Virus record (IMG/VR): IMGVR_UViG_3300045988_163643 | Span: 32,001-96,000 of that record | Direction: 5' to 3' (one strand) | Length of the DNA stretch: 64,000 nt | DNA from: a virus | In this document: one piece after another, positions 58,682-64,000 of the stretch | Layout: the number at the start of each line of letters is the position of its first letter | Numbering within the stretch: the first letter of the stretch is position 1 | Position numbers and translations under genes: made by a program | The notes under the pieces: generated by a model | The model's input: the letters and a program-made list of their open reading frames with translations, nothing else | The model's database searches: none | What the model was told of the DNA's origin: nothing

Positions 58682-58699
58682 CCTACTTATAATAGTAGG
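58682..58699 (-). terminator. terminator of the late (tail-fibre) operon
   Basis: CCTACT-tataat-AGTAGG followed by AUUUUUUU on the minus strand, about 50 nt after the stop at 58750. Confidence 0.55.
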
Positions 58700-58749
58700 C
58701 TATCTTAATTTATCTTTTTTCTTACGCAATTGATTCATATTGTGTAAAT

Positions 58750-61700
58750 TTATTCACTTGTTGTAAAATCACCTGTTCCTAAATTATTATAATAAATCTT
58801 ATTTACAGTATCATACATACAAATAACATTAGCTTTAGTCTTTACAGGTATTAAGTCTAATATCTGTTGCCCATTTCTAGTTATTGTACAAGCATATAAT
58901 TTCATTGCACATTTTGTACTATTTTCACAACTTCCATTACTTGAATGTTGTCCGAATAAATATAAAGATAGTGTATTGTTGTCATTAAGTAATTGACAGT
59001 TATAAGTTTGACCATTGAATGATATTACTCTATTATTTAATGAATACTCATCAATATCATTAGAAATAGTTTCATCATAAGTGTTTGTGCTTACCATATC
59101 AATTCTATATTTATTATTAATAACTACTAATTGGCATCCCTGGTTCTCAAGACCATTACCATAAGCATCACCAAAAGGTATTGACGTTTTTATAAAGTTT
59201 AAAGGTTTAAATTTCACATACAAGCTATCTGTGTCAAAATTCAAAGTAACTCCAGTATCTATATATTGATTTCCATCACTTTGAATATAATTTAATTGAG
59301 TAAAATCATCTGATGTAATAGTACTTTTACAAGACACATTTATTACTATATCTCCGGTAACATTATTTATATTAATATTTCCTTGTGAATAAACTGTACT
59401 TGTAATATCAGTTCCACCCATAGTTACTGTTACTGTGTCATAAGTGCATCCACTGACAGGTGTGATTGTTGCACTATAAGACCCCCCTATTTTACAATAA
59501 GTACTATTGTTACTTGTTGTACATTTATTTAAAGTATTAACTACTTTTGCAAAAGTACCGTTTTTACTTGTTTCATATAAATACATTTTATTTAATTCTT
59601 CACTAGTTAAAACCCTATTATATATTTCATGTGAATAATAAATAAAGTTTACCCCTTCTCCTATTTTACCAATTATAAAATCAAGAGTGTTATCTGTAGT
59701 TAATGAATATCTATCATTTGTTCCTTCGTATTTTAATTCGCCATTCACATACACTTTACCACTATTCCCTTGTCTAGTCATTGCAATACTCATAAATCTA
59801 TCATATTTCATATCGCTTAAAGGATTATTACCCTCGTTTTCTCCATTTATGAACACAGGAGAAGTGACGCCGGTTTGCATAGCTTTCAATGACCATCCTG
59901 ATTCCGAAGCAGATTGATTAGCTCTTTTACCACATATAATGTGAGTAGCATTACTAAAACCGTGTACATTTATAATTACTGTAAAATCATTAGTTCCAAA
60001 ATTAAAATTATCACCAAAATTAATAGTTGCACTTGAATTTGTTAAATCTAAACCTCCCTTAGTCAATGTAGTTCCTATATAAGAACCTGTTCCAACAATT
60101 GAAGAATTTACTTTATCAACAATTTTATTTGTACTGAAATCATAATCTTCAACATCACAATGTCCTATTAGCCCTTGCGATACAAAACTATTAGATATTC
60201 CACTAACAGTAATATTACAAGTTGCACTTTGACTTCCACAAGTTGCAGTAATAGTACATTGTCCATTTGATGTAGGTGTCACAACTCCATTTTCAACAGT
60301 ACATATACCAGTAGGATTTGCTGACCAAATAACTTCGTCTGTAGTATCACTAGGAGTTAATGTAGCAGTTATCGTTTGTGGTGTTGTATCAGTAAATGTT
60401 AAAGTATTATTATTTAATACAATATTAGTACAAGGCTTATCTTCTTTAACTCCACTTACAGTAACATTACAAGTAGCAGTTTTAGTTCCACAAGTAGCAG
60501 TAATAGTACAATTTCCATCTTTAATCGGTGTTACAACACCTTTATTGACAGTTACTATACCAGTAGGAGTTACACTCCATGTAACTGTATCTGTTGTATT
60601 AGTAGGAGCTAATGTAGCGGTTAATGTTTGACTGTCTGTTGTTGTAAATGATAATGTTGTATTATTTAAAGTTATATTAGTACAAGCTACAGTTTCTTTA
60701 TATTTATTGTCTAAATAAGATATTCTTTGTTTAATCCACGTATACATACTATCAATATCATCTGTTTTATTAATTCTATTTGACCATTTACTTCTTTCTT
60801 TGGTTATATTTTCAGTCCCCCAAATTGATTGAAATGCTCTAAATTGATTTATAATCCTACTTACATTTATTGTCCCATTATTTCTTAATTCCCAATATCT
60901 TTGGCTTATTTCATTAAAATAATTACTATATAATTTATTCCATACTGGATTAGTCTTAGTATATTGACAATTAAGTAAATCTGTTGTAGGTTTGCTTGGA
61001 TGATAAGATATACCAGCATTTTGGAATAACCCAAATATTATGTCTAAATCATACCAGCACATATACCATTTTGACCCATCCCATGTAGCAATAGTCCAAT
61101 TGTTAATCATACTATCAGTTGCACAAGCTAAATCTGCAAATACCCAATAATTAATCGCATTTTGTAAAATTAGATGTTCCTCAAAATGTGCTTTAAAATC
61201 ACTATCACTTGAATTATTTATAAAATTTAGCAAATCAGTTAATTTACCTTGAATTTCTGATGTTTCAGTTCCATCACTTCTATATTCAAAATTAGATAAT
61301 ACTAGACTTCCTAAACCACTTCTATATACTATATTTGTTAATGGATTTTTTTTACTGTTCATTCCAAATAAATCATCATCCTGTTTTATATTAAGAGTAT
61401 AACACCCATTAAATTCTCCGTTTAAATATAAAATAACAGGCTTAGATTTTACTGTAATCGGAGCGTCTACTGGAAATGTAGTATTATCAAAATCCCACAC
61501 CATTTGTGCTCCTACAGAATTTCTTACCATTGAATAATCAGCATAATTACATTTTAAATGGTATGTGCTTGTAGCATAATCAAATATTTTTATTTTTTTC
61601 TTATTTCCTTCAACGTCTTTAAGTTTTAAACTTAAATTTTTATTAGGATATTGTAAACTTCCGCTACCTTGCCATGTGGTTGTTGATTTTCCTTGAAATA

Positions 61701-61989
61701 CTGTAGAACCATATTCATCAACATACAAAATATCTAATTGTACTGGATTAGTTTTGCTTATACCTGTAGTATCACCATCTAAATAAATTATTCCACATGG
61801 ATATGATTGAATTTTAGGTACTATACCATTCTCAACTTTCTTCGCAATATCTTTATATTGCGTATTAAGTTTGTCAACATCACTTTTAATATTATTTATG
61901 TCAGTTTTAATATTATCTAATCCTTCAATATTATTATTTGAATTCTCATTATTATTAATAAAACCAAATTTATTATCTTTATCAAACAT
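58750..61989 (-). CDS. tail fibre / receptor-binding protein: CotH-like domain, two Big_2 domains, LamG-like lectin domain
   Basis: 1079-aa ORF with CotH motif WTIATWDGSKWYMCWYDLDIIFG. Two Big_2 repeats (..TLTATLAPTNTTDTVTWSV..TITATCGTKTATCNVTVSG). A LamG-type region (FTVIINVHGF..GWSLKA..VYVNGEL). Confidence 0.8.
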   Translation of the reverse strand: MFDKDNKFGFINNNENSNNNIEGLDNIKTDINNIKSDVDKLNTQYKDIAKKVENGIVPKIQSYPCGIIYLDGDTTGISKTNPVQLDILYVDEYGSTVFQGKSTTTWQGSGSLQYPNKNLSLKLKDVEGNKKKIKIFDYATSTYHLKCNYADYSMVRNSVGAQMVWDFDNTTFPVDAPITVKSKPVILYLNGEFNGCYTLNIKQDDDLFGMNSKKNPLTNIVYRSGLGSLVLSNFEYRSDGTETSEIQGKLTDLLNFINNSSDSDFKAHFEEHLILQNAINYWVFADLACATDSMINNWTIATWDGSKWYMCWYDLDIIFGLFQNAGISYHPSKPTTDLLNCQYTKTNPVWNKLYSNYFNEISQRYWELRNNGTINVSRIINQFRAFQSIWGTENITKERSKWSNRINKTDDIDSMYTWIKQRISYLDNKYKETVACTNITLNNTTLSFTTTDSQTLTATLAPTNTTDTVTWSVTPTGIVTVNKGVVTPIKDGNCTITATCGTKTATCNVTVSGVKEDKPCTNIVLNNNTLTFTDTTPQTITATLTPSDTTDEVIWSANPTGICTVENGVVTPTSNGQCTITATCGSQSATCNITVSGISNSFVSQGLIGHCDVEDYDFSTNKIVDKVNSSIVGTGSYIGTTLTKGGLDLTNSSATINFGDNFNFGTNDFTVIINVHGFSNATHIICGKRANQSASESGWSLKAMQTGVTSPVFINGENEGNNPLSDMKYDRFMSIAMTRQGNSGKVYVNGELKYEGTNDRYSLTTDNTLDFIIGKIGEGVNFIYYSHEIYNRVLTSEELNKMYLYETSKNGTFAKVVNTLNKCTTSNNSTYCKIGGSYSATITPVSGCTYDTVTVTMGGTDITSTVYSQGNININNVTGDIVINVSCKSTITSDDFTQLNYIQSDGNQYIDTGVTLNFDTDSLYVKFKPLNFIKTSIPFGDAYGNGLENQGCQLVVINNKYRIDMVSTNTYDETISNDIDEYSLNNRVISFNGQTYNCQLLNDNNTLSLYLFGQHSSNGSCENSTKCAMKLYACTITRNGQQILDLIPVKTKANVICMYDTVNKIYYNNLGTGDFTTSE

Positions 61990-62010
61990 TCTATTTCTCC
62001 TTTCTGTTTA

Positions 62011-63654
62011 TTATTCTTTAGGAACAAAAGTTTTACTAACTCCATTGATAGTAACTACTAGTTCTCCACTTTCATTAAAGGTAAACTGAGGTAAATTAGA
62101 AACTTTATCATCTACGTATTTTTTATGGGCTGGATTATAATCATTGGTTACATCGTATTCATATGTATTATCTGGACTAATTGAACTTAATTTTGTTTGC
62201 ATTAATTTCCATTTACCATTTTCTTTAGTTATACTTAAATATTTGCAATAATTGTTTATACAATTCATATTAATTGCTATAAATGTATCACTTTTTAATT
62301 GAATACATATTGAAGTACTAAGCATACTACTCCAACCAATTGTATTTGACCCATCGTCAACAGTGAACCAAGTTCCATCATCATTAGGTGCTTTTAAACT
62401 AACTTTAAAGAATCCACTAACTATTGATGAATTTACTCTATAATTAGTTCCCTTTTCTAAAGTTGTTATATCCACATATCCTTTAGGTAGATTTGGGTCA
62501 TCATATAATATAGTAGGTGTTTTAAAATAATAATCTCTACTATCATCTACATATTTTTTAGTAGTTAAATCTTTATCTTCAGTAGGAGTACCTTCTTGAG
62601 ATAATTTACCTGCATACCAAGCATTACCTTGCCAGTCTAAAGTATGAGCATTAGCTCTTTTCTTATCACTACTACCATTACCTACTATATGTGCATATTT
62701 ACCTTCAGTATCTTCTATATTATATTTACCTTGTACATGCTGGTTGATAGAAGAAGCTTTAGTATATTTACCTTCTGCATGAGAATTTTCACCTGAAGCT
62801 GTTGTACCATTACCTTCTGCATGTGAATACAAACCTGAAGATATTGCATTAAAACCTTCTGCATGTGAACAATAACTTGAAGCTACTGTATACCAACCTT
62901 CAGCGTGTGAAGAAGTACCTGAAGCTTTTGTTTTATGACCTTCTGCATGTGAATTATCAGCTGATGCAGTTGTATATTTACCTTCTGCATGTGAACCATA
63001 ATCACCTGAAGCTGTTGTATTCAGACCTTCAGCATGTGAACAGTTACCTGAAGCTATTGTAAAACATCCCATAGCAGTAGAATATTCACCTATTTTACTA
63101 TTAGGGTCACGTCGTATACTTAAACTATTATAAATATCAACATCTTTTCCAAGTAATAATGTATTAAATTTATTAATAGATATTTCAAATAATTTAATTC
63201 CTCCAGTAAATACAGGTGGTTTATTATCATTAATTCTATTTAGTACCATTAATGCTACATTCTCATTATACTCTTCTGTTTTATCATAAAAAGTCTGTAC
63301 ATCCCCTCCACCTATATTATTAACAGTATCATTTATGCCAAAAAATTCCATAATTACTCTAGTTTTATTTTGCTTAGTTAATTCTTTAGTATATACTGAA
63401 TCTAATCTGTAACGTTTATTATTAATTTCAATAAAAAACAAAGTATCGTCTTTAATTGTAAAATTAGGAATTTCAATATACATAGATGTATCATCACTAG
63501 CTTGGCACTCAGCCCATGCTTTATTTAATTGGTCTACTGTTATATTTAATAGTGCAGTTTCTGATTTAATATATGGTAAATCGGTATTCTTTATATTATT
63601 TGATTCATTATTGTTGTTAATAATAAATCCAAATTTATTATCTTTATCAAACAT
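62011..63654 (-). CDS. tail fibre with YadA-head-like (Hep_Hag) SHAEG repeats
   Basis: 547-aa ORF with 7-8 repeats of xxSHAEGxxTxASx at 14-15-aa period (~62740-63050). Its N-terminus MFDKDNKFGFI is shared with 58750..61989. Confidence 0.75.
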   Translation of the reverse strand: MFDKDNKFGFIINNNNESNNIKNTDLPYIKSETALLNITVDQLNKAWAECQASDDTSMYIEIPNFTIKDDTLFFIEINNKRYRLDSVYTKELTKQNKTRVIMEFFGINDTVNNIGGGDVQTFYDKTEEYNENVALMVLNRINDNKPPVFTGGIKLFEISINKFNTLLLGKDVDIYNSLSIRRDPNSKIGEYSTAMGCFTIASGNCSHAEGLNTTASGDYGSHAEGKYTTASADNSHAEGHKTKASGTSSHAEGWYTVASSYCSHAEGFNAISSGLYSHAEGNGTTASGENSHAEGKYTKASSINQHVQGKYNIEDTEGKYAHIVGNGSSDKKRANAHTLDWQGNAWYAGKLSQEGTPTEDKDLTTKKYVDDSRDYYFKTPTILYDDPNLPKGYVDITTLEKGTNYRVNSSIVSGFFKVSLKAPNDDGTWFTVDDGSNTIGWSSMLSTSICIQLKSDTFIAINMNCINNYCKYLSITKENGKWKLMQTKLSSISPDNTYEYDVTNDYNPAHKKYVDDKVSNLPQFTFNESGELVVTINGVSKTFVPKE

Positions 63655-63731
63655 TTTATTTTCTCCTTTCTATATAAAAAAAATAAAGGGAAATATATAG
63701 AATTATATCTATTATTTCCCTTTATATAAAA

Positions 63732-63995
63732 TTAATTTAACCCTATATATCTAACTTTTGAACCACTTTCAACAACAACTATTGATTCTATTACTACATT
63801 TCCTAAACTTAAAGTTTCATTAGCACGTATTAATATTTTATCTCCATCGTTAAATACAACGTTTATTTCTCCTTCGCCCATATTTTGGACTTGAACATTA
63901 GTTATTGATTCTATAGTTCCTTCGTTACCATCAGATAATACTTCTTGATATTCTCTTTCAGTTGTAACTACTTTACCTCTAACTTTAACTGCCAT
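63732..63995 (-). CDS. hypothetical late (virion-module) protein
   Basis: 87-aa ORF. The upstream region lies beyond the window. Confidence 0.5.
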   Translation of the reverse strand: MAVKVRGKVVTTEREYQEVLSDGNEGTIESITNVQVQNMGEGEINVVFNDGDKILIRANETLSLGNVVIESIVVVESGSKVRYIGLN

Positions 63996-64000
63996 TATAA

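Noticed and set aside
883-63062. All plus-strand ORFs in the supplied track that lie inside minus-strand genes: 883..1290, 4964..5161, 6222..6473, 7745..7945, 9490..9681, 11665..11916, 13154..13381, 16360..16626, 18795..19247, 19777..20289, 20308..20628, 22340..22756, 24469..24678, 24940..25542, 27213..27458, 28354..28536, 28823..29185, 35774..35974, 36695..36925, 39868..40059, 40779..41042, 41812..42003, 46000..46182, 46658..46852, 47781..48077, 50045..50431, 51357..51563, 54051..54266, 54295..54528, 59687..59917, 61871..62089, 62865..63062.
   Set aside because: They are antisense shadows of well-supported minus-strand genes. Their composition is low-complexity and rich in Ser/Leu/Phe/Ile. 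They lack SDs and promoters. Several merely mirror repeats: 18795..19247 mirrors the pentapeptide array and 62865..63062 mirrors the SHAEG array.

Overview
Very AT-rich (about a quarter G+C by eye, not computed) segment of a large tailed phage or prophage, possibly a phage-plasmid. The host looks like a low-GC Gram-positive type: strong AGGAGG-type SDs, ATG/GTG/TTG starts, TTGACA-17-TATAAT promoters. Positions 1-54.6 kb carry about 95 co-directional minus-strand genes. The first block is replication, recombination and nucleotide metabolism: soluble FtsH-like protease, DnaB-like helicase, NT5C nucleotidase, GH13 glycosidase, solo TnpB, a sigma70-kinase-HD fusion, M18 aminopeptidase, pentapeptide-repeat protein, PAPS-reductase-like protein, Sak4-like ATPase, PD-(D/E)xK nuclease, SSB-like protein, ATP-dependent ligase, one intact and two degenerate tyrosine recombinases, YopX, three more sigma factors, NYN, SprT-like proteases, HNH and an antirepressor. 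From 41 to 54.6 kb there is a hyperplastic array of about 30 small ORFan genes. Nearly every gene or small operon is bounded by reiterated promoter and stem-loop cassettes. 54.6-58.75 kb is a 4.2-kb ORF-poor control region holding three tandem early promoters, LexA-box-like palindromes, GTATAC palindromes, 10-bp iterons, DnaA boxes and two tiny rightward genes. This region and the sigma70-kinase-HD fusion are my strongest candidates for something new. 58.75-64 kb is the distal end of a minus-strand late operon (a CotH/Big_2/LamG fibre and a Hep_Hag-repeat fibre). I saw no rRNA, tRNA or CRISPR array. All domain calls rest on motifs read by eye, with no database search.
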